Numbered from the stretch's first letter, positions 26,328-37,179 are shown. The stretch: 64,000 nt of DNA from Candidatus Latescibacterota bacterium (GCA_963736125.1 CAVTNQ010000005.1:64218-128217), one strand, 5' to 3'. Notes: generated from the letters alone by a model not told the origin. Numbers and translations: made by a program.

Positions 26328-26356
26328 AAGAGGCACCGGCGATTCGCCGGTGCCTC
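26328..26356 (-). terminator. second copy of the same hairpin (AGAGGCACCGGCG-ATT-CGCCGGTGCCTCT) plus U-tract
   Basis: It is near-identical to copy 1 and in the same position relative to the next ATG at 26315. Confidence 0.5.
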
Positions 26357-26372
26357 TCCAGAAGGTCGACAG

Positions 26373-26974
26373 CTATGTGTTTGCCTAGGTCGCGGAACTC
26401 GACCAGTTGCCAATGTGGGTCTGCCTCGGTTCCCGCGTTGCGCACGGTGAACTCCGCTTTGGCATTACCCTCGTTGACATAGGTTTGGTCGGGCACCATT
26501 TCGAAGGTGAACGTATAGGGAAGCGTCGTCGTGTACCAGATTTCGTCCGGGTATAGCTCTGGAATGACTTGCGACCCATTGGACGTTATCGTACTGGAGA
26601 TCCATGCGAATCGACCGGCATTGGGGCCCCTGCGGACAATCGATTGGCGGTCCGTCTTTCGACGTGAAGAGACAGTTTGCGGACCTCGTCTCGCTCCCGC
26701 GGTCCCACTGCTCCGGGATCTCCCCACCCACGTCACCGGGGGCGAAGTAGAACGTGAAATTGTCGCCCAGCAGGTCGTCGTAGGCGGTGGTGTTCCGCGT
26801 GTTGTACGCCACCTCGATGTTGTTCAACACCGCCTCTTTGGTTGTCAGAGGCTGCAAATTCTTGTTCGGGGGCGGCGTCACCGGGGGATCCCCGGGCGGC
26901 GGATCCAAGATGCACGACGAAACCGAAAGCACGAGCATGGCGATCCCGCAGAGCTGCAACTTAAACTTCAACAT
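26373..26974 (-). pseudogene. NTF2-like lipoprotein, paralogue 3, disrupted by two single-base insertions in this sequence
   Basis: The N-terminus is MLKFKLQLCGIAMLVLSVSSC. It aligns with paralogue 2 through ...DLQYDNVQW, then shifts frame near 26580, where GTCGCAAGTCATT replaces GACCCAGTCATT. A second insertion near 26382 (GGCAAACAC versus GGAAACACG) extends past the homologous stop. Confidence 0.55.
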
Positions 26975-27020
26975 TGCTCCAATTCCTTCCCGCGAGACGT
27001 GTCGCTGAAAAGCAAGGATG

Positions 27021-27050
27021 ATGATACACCAAGAAAGTCTATAACGTCAA
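27021..27050 (-). promoter_or_regulatory. sigma70-like promoter upstream of paralogue 3
   Basis: The minus strand reads TTGACG, an 18-nt spacer, then TATCAT, with an AT-rich upstream stretch. GGAG lies 5 nt before the ATG at 26974. Confidence 0.45.
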
Positions 27051-27107
27051 GATACATAATGGCTTAATACAACTTCTCCACACTCCGATTTGCTCCCCGC
27101 AATGCCC

Positions 27108-27681
27108 TTAAGGGTTCAAACGTAACCTCAAAATTCCCTTGAGGTATCCCCACGTCGACTGGTTCGGGACGGTCTCGATCTCGTCCCAAAACGTCAGCCG
27201 CCAGTTGCCACCTTCGTTGCGGACGTCGAACTGAGCGACACCGCCGTAGAAGCGTGGTGTCCGTCGGTGTCGCCACGTTGACGACTATCAACTCGTACCC
27301 GACGCGATACCGCACGAACTGCGTCTGATTGATCAGGATCGACGGGTTGAATGTGACTTCGATCGTCTGCGCGTCCGACAACATCAAGCCGAGCACCGAC
27401 ATCTCGACGGTCTTGTTCCAGTTGTCGTAGACGCCGGTGCCCTGGAACGTCGGGTCGAGCGAATCCTGCTGCGTCGGCGAAAAGACGAAACGCGTGCTGA
27501 TGGCGCGTTCGTACGCGGCGTCCTGCTGCGTCTCCAGCGCGCACGTCATGGCCCGGAAGACGCCGAGCGGGTCGTCGAGCGCCGTCGAGCCGCACCCACT
27601 TCCGCCGCTAGCGGGAGGCTCCGCTTCGCGCGTGTCGAACAAGCAACCCGCCAACGCGAGCGCGAGTAAGACACACCACAC
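27108..27681 (-). CDS. distant fourth member of the NTF2-like lipoprotein family (lipobox LAGC). Apparent +1 frameshift near 27250.
   Basis: The N-terminus is MWCVLLALALAGC. After ...VATPTDTT the annotated frame is junk. The -1 frame reads FYGGVAQFDVRNEGGNWRLTFWDEIETVPN...LRLNP-stop, which matches the QFTVRN...WRLVEWRDL C-terminal motif of the paralogues. Confidence 0.5.
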
Positions 27682-27709
27682 CGATTCTGACGAGGCTCTT
27701 CTTCATTCT

Positions 27710-29738
27710 CTAGAACGGATAGTTGAAATCGGAACGCATGTCCCAATAGTCCTTCTCCGCCTCGGAGCCGAACTTGCTGAATCGTTTCACCTTCGCCAGC
27801 GTGAACGTGAGTCTCTTGCCGTTCCCCCAGTCGTAATTGCCGCGCGAGCCGACCGTGATCTGCCCGTCCTTCGTGACGGTCTTGGCATCGGTCAACACCG
27901 AGGTGTCTTCGAAACGACTGTAGCGCTGCTCCGCAAACACGGTGAGAGGGGCCGTGACGTGATAGTCCATGCGGAGCGTCATGCGGTCGCGTCGATCTTT
28001 TCCCTGCACGTTCAATTCGTCTTGGCCGGTCACGGGGTCGGGCAGATACGAACCGTTGTCGTGGAGATTGAGTCCATAGTCGAGCACGAACCCGATCTTC
28101 TTGCTCGGCTTGAAATCGAACTTGTTCCCGAAGGTCAGGTTTCGATCCAGGAAGTTCTCGGTCGGCTTGTAGGTGAAATCGGTGTACTCGATGGCGATGC
28201 CGTAGATCTGCGTGATCAGGAAGCGCTGCGTCACGACATAGGTAAAACCCGGTCGCAACTCGTACAGGCTGCGGGTGCGGTTGTTCTCCGATTGGCTGGC
28301 GTCGATGTTGACGGTATTCGACCCGGAGTACGCGAGACTCACATTGGCGGTGAGCTTCGGGTACGGCGCCGAATTGAAACGGAGGTTCACGCTGTTGTCG
28401 ATCTGGTCGCGGTCGCGCGGGTTGGCTTCCGGGTCGAGGTACTCGGACCTCGTGAGCGATCGTCGTGCCGGAGAGATCGGCGGTGAACGTCGGCGTGAAT
28501 TGGTGCGACAGCGCGAGGCCGGCCTTCTTGCGAATGTCGTTGTAGCTGCTGACCGACAGCGGCCCGAAGTCGCGCAGCGTGGTCGTGTTCTCCAGCGTGA
28601 CCGATGCCGACGTCTTCCACGGTGCGGTGTACGTGACCGTGCCCCGCAGCCCGTCGCCCACCGTGTTGCTGTATCGCGTCTGTTGAATCGCGTATGAGTA
28701 CAACTGGCTGTCGTGGTTTCCGGTCACGTCGAGCCGGAAACGATCCCACAGCCTCGCCGACGTCGACAGCAGCAATCCGCGCGCGCTGCGGTGCTCGGTT
28801 TCTTGGAACACGTACTGGACACCCGACTGCTGCCCGCCCAACGATCCTTGCGCTTGGTCGGCCCACGTGCGGTCGCCTTCGTAGTACACGTACTCCGCGT
28901 CGACGACGATGCTGTCGCCCACCTGGGCCGACAATCCGGTCGACAGCGAGTCTTCGCTGGAACCGAGCCCATCGAATGTCGCCAACGACGTCTCGGAACG
29001 ATCCCACGTCTCGCGGTGACCGCCGCGTCCACCGATGCGAACGGGCCGTCCGCGGAGGTTCGTCGAGATACCGCCGAAGCCCCCCGCCGCCAGCGTTTGG
29101 TCGTCCTTGTAGGTTCGCTCGCTCTGCACCGCCGCGCCGCTCGCCGTCGCGTCGAAGAGAATGCTGCGCAGGAAGGTCGAGTGCGGCAGATACGTCCGCT
29201 TGTAGGAGCCGCCCATGTTGACCGACTTGTCGTTCAGAACGTAGTCCTGCGTCGCGCCGCCGGGGATGATCGACCGGTTGAAGACGCGGCTGTCGAGAAA
29301 GCTGATCGAACCGTTGGTGAAGATATTGATGGTGTGGAGCATCGTGGCGGACAGTTGCTTGTTCTCGTCGAGCTTGTCCTGCAAGCGATAGTGCCGCTCG
29401 TCCTTCGAAATCATGAAATTGAAGGTCGAGCCGAAGGGCGTCATGATGTTGGTTTGGAACGAATTCTTCATACCGACCGTCGAAACGTCACCGGTGATCT
29501 GGTTGAGGTACGTCGGCATGAAGTGAATGCCGATGGACTTGTTGGCCAGCGAGTCCGGAAGCTGCACGGCACCCGGTTCGCCCTGCGACGCCTGTCGCGC
29601 GATGTTCTCGAGCGGCGACGACGCGGTGGTGGTGTCCTGGGCGGCTTCCTCGGCGCGCGCGCGCTTCGCGATGCCGACCGACGCGATCGCCCATAGCGTC
29701 GCCAGTGTGACTATGCCGCGTCGACAGCGCACCGCCAC
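27710..29738 (-). CDS. outer-membrane beta-barrel protein, family unknown. Apparent +1 frameshift near 28440.
   Basis: The signal peptide is MAVRCRRGIVTLATLWAIASVGIAKRARA. The amphipathic beta-rich product ends in aromatic ...NYPF. The 730-aa ORF and the 226-aa ORF are joined by ...TTIAHE|SEYLDPEANPRDRDQIDNSVNLRFNSAPY if one base is removed. Confidence 0.55.
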
Positions 29739-29744
29739 CCTGCT

Positions 29745-30605
29745 TCAAGACGCGCGCACCGCGGCCACCGACCGCGATAGCGACAGGAATGCTTCCTTCG
29801 ACAGCGCCTCGGGGCGCGCCTGCAAGTCGACGCCGGTCTCGTCGTGGATGCGCGAGAGCGCTTCTTCCGACAACGAGTAGAACGCGCGCAACGTGTTGTG
29901 GATGGTCTTGCGTCGCTGCTGAAACACGTTCTTCACCAGTGTGACAAAGGGCCGAACTTCCGCATCGACGAGCAACGGCCGCGCCAGCGGCCGAAACCCC
30001 AGCACGATCGACGCCACCTTGGGCGGCGGAAAGAACGCCCCCGCGGCGACCTTCGCGACCACGTCGATCTGATAGAGGCTCTGCAGCACCACACTCGGGA
30101 TGCCGTAGACGCGGCTCCCCGGCGGCGACGCGATGCGGTCGCCCACTTCGCGCTGCATCATGATGACCGCACGGTCGATCGAATGAAACTCGTCCACGAG
30201 AAAGTCGAACAACACGTCCCTCGTCAGGTGGTACGGAATATTTCCGATCAGCACGCATCGTTCCCAACCCCGTTCGCGCAACAACTCGGCGAGCGCAATC
30301 TTCGTGAAATCCGCGCTCACCACTTCGACGCCGGGACGGTTCGCGAACTCGGCGCGCAATTCTTCGACCAGCCCGCGGTCCAATTCGAGGGCGACCAAGC
30401 GCGCGCCGCGGTCGGCCAGCAACCGCGTCAGCACACCGCGACCGGGACCCAGCTCCACGACGAAATCGCCGGGTGCCACATGCGCGGCGTCGACGATCTT
30501 CGCGGCGGTGCCGCGGTCGTGGAGGAAGTTCTGGCCGAAGCGCTTCTTGGGGCGAAAGCGGCCGTCTTTCAAAGGACTACTCGTTTGATTACGCGCGAAC
30601 TTCAC
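29745..30605 (-). CDS. rsmA: 16S rRNA (adenine1518-N6/adenine1519-N6)-dimethyltransferase
   Basis: The KsgA motifs FGQNFL, VVELGPGRGVLT and NIPY are present over 286 aa. Confidence 0.9.
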   Translation of the reverse strand: MKFARNQTSSPLKDGRFRPKKRFGQNFLHDRGTAAKIVDAAHVAPGDFVVELGPGRGVLTRLLADRGARLVALELDRGLVEELRAEFANRPGVEVVSADFTKIALAELLRERGWERCVLIGNIPYHLTRDVLFDFLVDEFHSIDRAVIMMQREVGDRIASPPGSRVYGIPSVVLQSLYQIDVVAKVAAGAFFPPPKVASIVLGFRPLARPLLVDAEVRPFVTLVKNVFQQRRKTIHNTLRAFYSLSEEALSRIHDETGVDLQARPEALSKEAFLSLSRSVAAVRAS

Positions 30606-30810
30606 GCGTTTTTCAGGGGGACGACGAACGATCGATAGCAGAAGAGAGAGAGGAACCTCCTGGAAGCGCCTTCATGGGATGCAGCGCAAGATTGGGGCTT
30701 AGTATAGCCACTTTCTCCAGGGGGAGTCAAGGCGGTTCGTGGGCGGCGGGGTCCCTTCGACCGCGGGATGGTGTATGCTTCGGCCAACCCATCCCTACGG
30801 AGGAAGATCC

Positions 30811-31872
30811 ATGGTCCGCAAATGCTTCGCAATAGCTGCCTTCGTCGTCGCGTGGAGCGGCGTCGCGGCGGCCGAGGTCCAGTGGCGCGAGGAGACGTTC
30901 AGCCAGTTGCTCCAGCGCGCGCAGAAGGAAAACAAGTACGTGTTCGTCGACTTCTACGCGACGTGGTGCGGACCCTGTCACCGGCTCGACAAGGAGACGT
31001 TCCCCGACGCCTCCGTCGGGGCACTCTTGAACTCGATGCTCCCGGTGGAATACGACGCCGAGAAGGGCGCGGGGCTCGAGCTGGCCAAGACCTACAAGAT
31101 CCACGCGTATCCGACGCTGCTCGTGATCGGCCCCGACGGCAAAGAGGTCGACCGTCATTTGGGATTCATGGAGCCGGCCGAGTTCGTGACGACCATCGGC
31201 GGATTCACGAAGAACCAGGGCACGATTGCGGCCCTGGAGAGCGAGCTTCGAGCGAAGCCCGACGACGCCGATCTGCTCTATCAGGTCGGGATGAAGTACG
31301 CCGACGCCGGTCGTCCCGACGACGCGGCCCCCGCGCTCACGAAGGCGATGGCACTCGACCCCAAGGACGCCAAGGGTCGCAACGCGGAGATGCTCTACGC
31401 GATGGGCGAAGCCAATTACAACGACAGTCGCTACGCGCAAGCGCGGACGTACTTCGACCGTCTGGTGAAGGAATACCCGAACTCCGACATGGCGATCGAC
31501 GGCATGGAGCGACTGGCGGGCACGGAATACAAACTCGGCAATCACGACGCCGCCGTCGCCGCGTACTGGAAAGTCGTCGAGAAGAATCCCGACGATCCGT
31601 CGACGCTCAATGGGTTCGCGTGGTTCTGCGCGCAGCGCAAGATCGGGCTCGACCAAGCACTACCGACCGCACAGAAAGCGGCCGACTTGTCGAAGCGCGA
31701 CCCCGGCATTCTCGACACGCTGGCCGAGGTCTATTTTGCGATGGGAGATTTCGACAACGCGACCAAGATCGGCGAGGAGGCACTCGCGTCGAATCCGAAG
31801 GACACCTACTACAACGATCAGGTCGCGAAGTTCAAGAAGGCGAAAGCCGAGGCGGACCAGGCGCGACGCTAG
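30811..31872 (+). CDS. thioredoxin-domain (WCGPC) plus TPR-repeat periplasmic protein
   Basis: GGAGGAAG lies upstream of the ATG at 30811. The signal peptide is MVRKCFAIAAFVVAWSGVAAAE. FVDFYATWCGPCHRL is a thioredoxin fold. The C-terminal half carries TPR-like repeats. Confidence 0.8.
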   Translation: MVRKCFAIAAFVVAWSGVAAAEVQWREETFSQLLQRAQKENKYVFVDFYATWCGPCHRLDKETFPDASVGALLNSMLPVEYDAEKGAGLELAKTYKIHAYPTLLVIGPDGKEVDRHLGFMEPAEFVTTIGGFTKNQGTIAALESELRAKPDDADLLYQVGMKYADAGRPDDAAPALTKAMALDPKDAKGRNAEMLYAMGEANYNDSRYAQARTYFDRLVKEYPNSDMAIDGMERLAGTEYKLGNHDAAVAAYWKVVEKNPDDPSTLNGFAWFCAQRKIGLDQALPTAQKAADLSKRDPGILDTLAEVYFAMGDFDNATKIGEEALASNPKDTYYNDQVAKFKKAKAEADQARR

Positions 31873-32778
31873 GCCGCGAGCTCCTGGATGCGCGGCAACA
31901 GCGACGGAATCTTGTCCTCGTAGCTGTCGAGCTTGACCCCGAAGGTCGACGTGAACGGCGCGGAGTCGCACACGTTGTCCTCGACCAGCATGTAGAGCTC
32001 GTCGAGGGTGAGCGGGAACGATCGAAATCGCTGCGCGAACTTGACCACGGGTTTCGCGAAGCGCGACGACACCGCGACCGTGTTGGGCCACACACCGTAG
32101 TGGCGCGCCACCTTGTACATGATGTCGATGAAGGCGAGGCGCTCCGGCCCGCCGACCTCGTACGTCTTGCCTTGCGTCTCCGGCATGCTGAGCGCGCGCG
32201 CGATCGGGCCCACCACGTTGCGATGCGAAACCGGCTGGATGAGTGCTCTTGCCGCCGTCGATGACGGGCACGATGGGACGATGGACCAAGTCCGCGATTA
32301 GCGGGTGGAATTCGTCGCCGGGCCCGAAAATCACCGACGGACGAAAGATCGTCCAGCGCATCCCCGACGACTTCACGATCTTCTCGGATTCGGCCTTGGT
32401 GCGATGGTAGCCCGAGGGCGCGTCCTCGCGCACACCCAGGCTGCTCAAGTACACGAAGCGCTGGACCTGGTTGCGCCGCGCGGCGTCGACCACCGCGTAG
32501 GTCGCCTCGGTGTGCATCGCCTCGTAGGTGATGCCTTGCTGCGGAAGCTCGCGGCGGATGCCGACCATGTGCACGACGGCGTCGCAGCCGGTGGTGGCGC
32601 GCAGGCAGGCCTGCGTGTCGAGCACGTCGCCGGCGATCACTTCGACGCCTTCGCGCGCGTCGAGCTTGCCCACACTCTGCGGCCGCGTCAGCAGGCGCAC
32701 GTCGTGACCGAGTGCCTTCAACTCGCGCCGCACTCCCGAACCGACGAAACCGGTACCACCCGTCAGCAGGATCTTCAT
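31869..32778 (-). CDS. NAD(P)-binding epimerase/dehydratase (NmrA/complex-I 39kDa-like). Apparent +1 frameshift near 32230.
   Basis: MKILLTGGTGFVGSGV is a Rossmann GxxGxxG motif. The frame breaks after ...VPVIDGG. Removing one A restores ...GGKALIQPVSHRNVVGPIARALSMPETQGKTYEVGGPE (ORF 31869..32216). Confidence 0.7.
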
Positions 32779-33182
32779 CGCGGTTCGCTTCCTCCTCCGC
32801 AGATCGGGCATTCGCCGACCTCTTTGGCGTAGTAGACGCGGCACTCGTCGCACTTCAACATGTCGTCCCCGGCTTCGCCGCCGTCGAGCACGGCCCAGGC
32901 TTCGTCCTTCTCGGCGATGGGCACGTACAACTCGATCGCACCCTCGTCGGCTTCGACCGCGATCGACGGGACACCGTGGTCGTCCAAGAAGTAGCGGACG
33001 CTGTTGACGGGGCCGTCCGACGCGTAGAACACCACCAGCTCCCACTCGCCCTCGTCGTCGAGGCCTTCGTGGTTGGAGCAAATAACCGTATTGAAGAGCG
33101 GAGAGAAACACTCGCTGCACACGGGATCGGCGCACACGGCGCAGGTCCCTACGAGGGTTCCGTCGGCATGGTCACACTTCAT
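32775..33182 (-). CDS. DUF2007-like small protein with N- and C-terminal Cys4 zinc-ribbon motifs
   Basis: CAVCADPVCSECF and CDECRVYYAKEVGECPICGG flank ELVVFYASDGPVNSVRYFLDDHGVPSIAVE. The stop and start overlap the epimerase gene in an ATGA arrangement. Confidence 0.5.
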   Translation of the reverse strand: MKCDHADGTLVGTCAVCADPVCSECFSPLFNTVICSNHEGLDDEGEWELVVFYASDGPVNSVRYFLDDHGVPSIAVEADEGAIELYVPIAEKDEAWAVLDGGEAGDDMLKCDECRVYYAKEVGECPICGGGSEPR

Positions 33183-33195
33183 AGCAATAGCATCC

Positions 33196-34461
33196 TCACG
33201 AACGGTACATTCGAATGTCGTACTTGGCACCCAACTCGCGCGTGAACTCGCGGCACGGCTCGGCTTCGAAGCCGGGCACCGCCACGAATTCGCACCACGT
33301 CTCGATTCCCGACGCCACCGAACAGCGCACGAAGTCGCGGATCGACGCCCAGCCTTCGTTGCCGACCGACGGATACGCGAGCTCGTCGTGCGCGCGCGCG
33401 TTCGCTCCGAACAACACCACGTTCACTTCGTCGACGTTGCCCTTCAACTCCGGGGTTACGTCGCGGCCGGCCGCGCGATTCGCGAGCCCGGTGGTGTTGA
33501 CCCGCACGCGCCAACCGCGTTCGCGCGCGCGCGACGCGATCGCAAGCACGTGCTCGGGTCGCTCCAGGGGGTCCGCAAAGCCGGTGATGATCGCTTCCGT
33601 GACGCCGTCGGTCGGAGCAGCGTCGAGGTCGGCTGGGTCGGCCGTGGCCGCCAGAATATATAGCGTGCCCTCGACCTTGTAAACCGGCCGCGGAAAGAGC
33701 TCCGGCGCGATGCCCAGGGCCGCGAACGTGTTCTCGGTGGTCGCACGGTCGACTTCGGCCGGCGAGATTCCCTTCACGCGGGCGACGGTGCGCGCCACGT
33801 GGGCCACGAACGACGGCTCGTTGCGCTTGCCGCGCCACGGGTGCGGCGTCAGGTACGGCGAATCGGTCTCGAGCACGATGCGGTCGAGCGGAATCGCCGC
33901 GACGGTTTCGCTCAAACGGGCGTTCCGGTACGTCACCACACCGCCGATGCCGACGTGGAAGCCCAATTCGGAGACCTTGCGCGCCTCGGCTTCACCGGCG
34001 GAGAAGGCGTGGAAGATGCCGCGGTACGTCCCGCCCTCGGATTCGAGCACGTCAATCACTTCGTTGAAGGCGTCGCGACAATGAATGACGATCGGTTTGT
34101 CCTTCTCGCGCGCGAGCTTGATCATGCGACGGAACGTCTCCACTTGCGCTTCGCGCGGCGCTAGGTTGCGATAGAAGTCGAGGCCGATCTCTCCCACCGC
34201 GACGACGCGCGGGTGGTCGAGCGCGTGGCGGACCTGGGCCTCCAGGTCGTCGTCGAGCGACGCGGCGTCGTGCGGGTGGACACCGGCCGCGCCGAACACG
34301 AACGGATAGCGCTCGATCAGCTCGAGCGTTTCGCGCAGCGTGTCGCGGTCGTAGCCGATGTTGACGAACCCCGCCACACCGTCGGAGACGGCGCGCGCGA
34401 TGGTTTCCGCGCGGTCGTCCTCGAAGTGCTGGAGGTTCAAATGGCAGTGCGAGTCGATCAT
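33196..34461 (-). CDS. TatD-family hydrolase with an extra C-terminal domain of about 160 aa
   Basis: ATG at 34459-34461 gives MIDSHCHLNLQHF, the TatD metal-binding start. The TatD barrel runs about 260 aa (GEIGLDF, IHCRDA, ETDSPY). It is followed by ...WRVRVNTTGLANRAAGRDVTPELKGNVDEVNVVLFGANARAHDE...GIETWCEFVAVPG. Confidence 0.75.
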   Translation of the reverse strand: MIDSHCHLNLQHFEDDRAETIARAVSDGVAGFVNIGYDRDTLRETLELIERYPFVFGAAGVHPHDAASLDDDLEAQVRHALDHPRVVAVGEIGLDFYRNLAPREAQVETFRRMIKLAREKDKPIVIHCRDAFNEVIDVLESEGGTYRGIFHAFSAGEAEARKVSELGFHVGIGGVVTYRNARLSETVAAIPLDRIVLETDSPYLTPHPWRGKRNEPSFVAHVARTVARVKGISPAEVDRATTENTFAALGIAPELFPRPVYKVEGTLYILAATADPADLDAAPTDGVTEAIITGFADPLERPEHVLAIASRARERGWRVRVNTTGLANRAAGRDVTPELKGNVDEVNVVLFGANARAHDELAYPSVGNEGWASIRDFVRCSVASGIETWCEFVAVPGFEAEPCREFTRELGAKYDIRMYRS

Positions 34462-34462
34462 G

Positions 34463-36017
34463 TTACTTCGACTTCTCCGAGTCGGCTTCGATACGAGGGA
34501 ACAACACAGACCCGGCCGCTGTCGGGACCTCTGCGATGCGTTTCCACGCCGGGTCCCCATGCATGCGCGCGTCGTCGAGAACGAACTCCGTCGCCAAACC
34601 CAACCGCGCACGCATCTCTTTCGCTTTCTCCGGCATGAACGGCTGGCAAAGAACCGAACACACTCGCAGGACTTCGAGAAGCGCGCGTATGGTAGCACCC
34701 AACGCCGCGGTGTCGCCGGTCTTGGCCTGTTGCCACGGCTTGCGCTCCTCGACGAAGCGATTCGCGTCCGACACCGCGCGCCACATCGCCGCGAGTGCCT
34801 TGTCGAACGCGAGCGCGTCCATCTCGCGACGGTAGTCGTCGACCACGCCGTTGGTGAGCCGGGCGGTCTCGCGCGCGGAATCGGCCGTCTCCGCCGGCAC
34901 CGCGCCGTCGAAGTAACGCCCCGTCATCGAGAGCGTGCGCGAGAACAGATTGCCGAGTTCGTTGGCGAGTTCGGCATTGTAGCGCGTCACGAACAGATCG
35001 ACGGTGAAGTCGCCGTCGCGATCGTACGCGATCTCGCGCAGCAAGAGATAGCGCAGTCCGTCGGCGCCGAAGAAGTTCGCGAGATTGATCGGGTCGACGA
35101 TGTTTCCGAGCGTCTTGCTCATCTTCTCGCCCCGATTGTACACGAACCCGTGCCCGAACACGCTCTTGGGCAATTCCACGCCGGCCGCCATCAGCATGGC
35201 CGGCCAGATCAGACAATGGAAGCGCGTGATGTCCTTGCCGATAATATGGACGTCGCACGGCCAATATCTCTCGAAAAGCTTGTGCGGGGCGCCCGCCTCG
35301 CTGCCGTATCCGATCGCCGATATATAATTGATGAGGGCGTCGAACCAGACGTAGACCACCTGGTCGGGCGCGATGGGGAGCGGGACGCCCCAGGTCTTCC
35401 CCGCGCGCGACACGCTCACGTCTTCCAGACCCGATTCGATCACGTTCAGGATCTCGTTCTTGCGCATCTCCGGTCGAATGAAATCCGGGTTGCCGAGAAT
35501 GTGCGCCTTCAAACGATCGCTGAACTTCGAGAGTGCAAAGAAGTAGTTGCTCTCTTCGATGAACTTCGGAACCGTGCCGTGGCGCGGGCACTTGCCGTCT
35601 ACTAGGTCCTTCTCGTTCTTGAATTCCTCACAACCATCACAGTAGAGACCGCTGTACTTCCCCTCGTAGATGTAACCCTTGTCGTGGATGACCTGGAATA
35701 AGCGCGCTACCGCGCGCTTGTGGCGTCGGGTCGGTGGTGCGAATGAACTGGTCGTACGAGATGTGGAGCGACTTCCACGTGTCCTCGAATACCAGCGCCA
35801 TCTCGTCGGTATACGCCTGCGGATCCTTGCCGAGATTGCGCGCTTCGCGCTCGACGTTGGTCGAATGCTCGTCGGTCCCCATCAAGAAATAGGTGTCGAA
35901 GCCCGCGAGCCGCTTGTAGCGCGCGAGGCAGTCGGCACCGATCTTCTCGTACGCGGTGCCGAGGTGCGGGCGCGCGTTGACGTAGTCGATCGCGGTGGTC
36001 AGGTAGTACTTGTTCAT
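34463..36017 (-). CDS. metG: methionine--tRNA ligase. Apparent +1 frameshift near 35725.
   Basis: The N-terminal ORF (MNKYYLTTAIDYVNARPHLGTAYEKI, the class I HIGH region) and the C-terminal ORF (KMSKTLGNIVDP) join as ...TTDP(R)HKRAVARLFQVIHDKGYIYEGKYSGLYCDGCEEF...SDRLKAHILGNP when one base is removed. Confidence 0.85.
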
Positions 36018-36106
36018 TCGGATTCGCTGGACGGAAAAAGACGCTAGAATGTAGCATTCGGGCTCCGCGCCCGCAAGCGCGGGAACTCCAAGGAGACGTC
36101 GAAGGC

Positions 36107-36898
<792 letters not shown>

Positions 36899-36921
36899 CA
36901 CCCCCGGCGACGCCGGGGATG

Positions 36922-37161
36922 TCAACGCGGGCGCGGGCGCGGCGTGAGCGGCGGCTCGTCGTCTTTTTTCTTGCGGCTCGCTTTGGCCATGACGAATCCC
37001 ACCAACCATCCCAGTACGAACACGATCACGACCAGCAGGAGCTGCGACACGCGGTAGCGCCAGCTCAGAAATTGCAAAGCAATGACCTGGTGATTCTGGA
37101 CCATCACGATCAGGAATAAACCGCAGATAATCACTAGCAAGATGGTCTTCACGGTCCGCAT
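36922..37161 (-). CDS. LapA-domain (DUF1049-like) small membrane protein
   Basis: The 79-aa product has two TM helices separated by a short loop and a basic C-terminal tail (KASRKKKDDEPP). Confidence 0.55.
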   Translation of the reverse strand: MRTVKTILLVIICGLFLIVMVQNHQVIALQFLSWRYRVSQLLLVVIVFVLGWLVGFVMAKASRKKKDDEPPLTPRPRPR

Positions 37162-37179
37162 CGAATTCCTCCCGCCGCG

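Noticed and set aside
30606-30810. Possible structured leader or riboswitch in the 205-bp divergent region between rsmA and the thioredoxin-TPR gene
   Set aside because: I found only a 7-bp stem (GGGATGG...CCATCCC) and a TAGTAT hexamer. I recognised no known riboswitch consensus. Probably just two divergent promoters.
31660-33135. 491-aa minus-strand ORF fusing the epimerase gene with upstream Arg-rich sequence
   Set aside because: The 5' 119 codons are shadow sequence overlapping the real DUF2007/zinc-ribbon gene in another frame. The true epimerase start is the ATG at 32776-32778 (MKILLTGGTGFVG).
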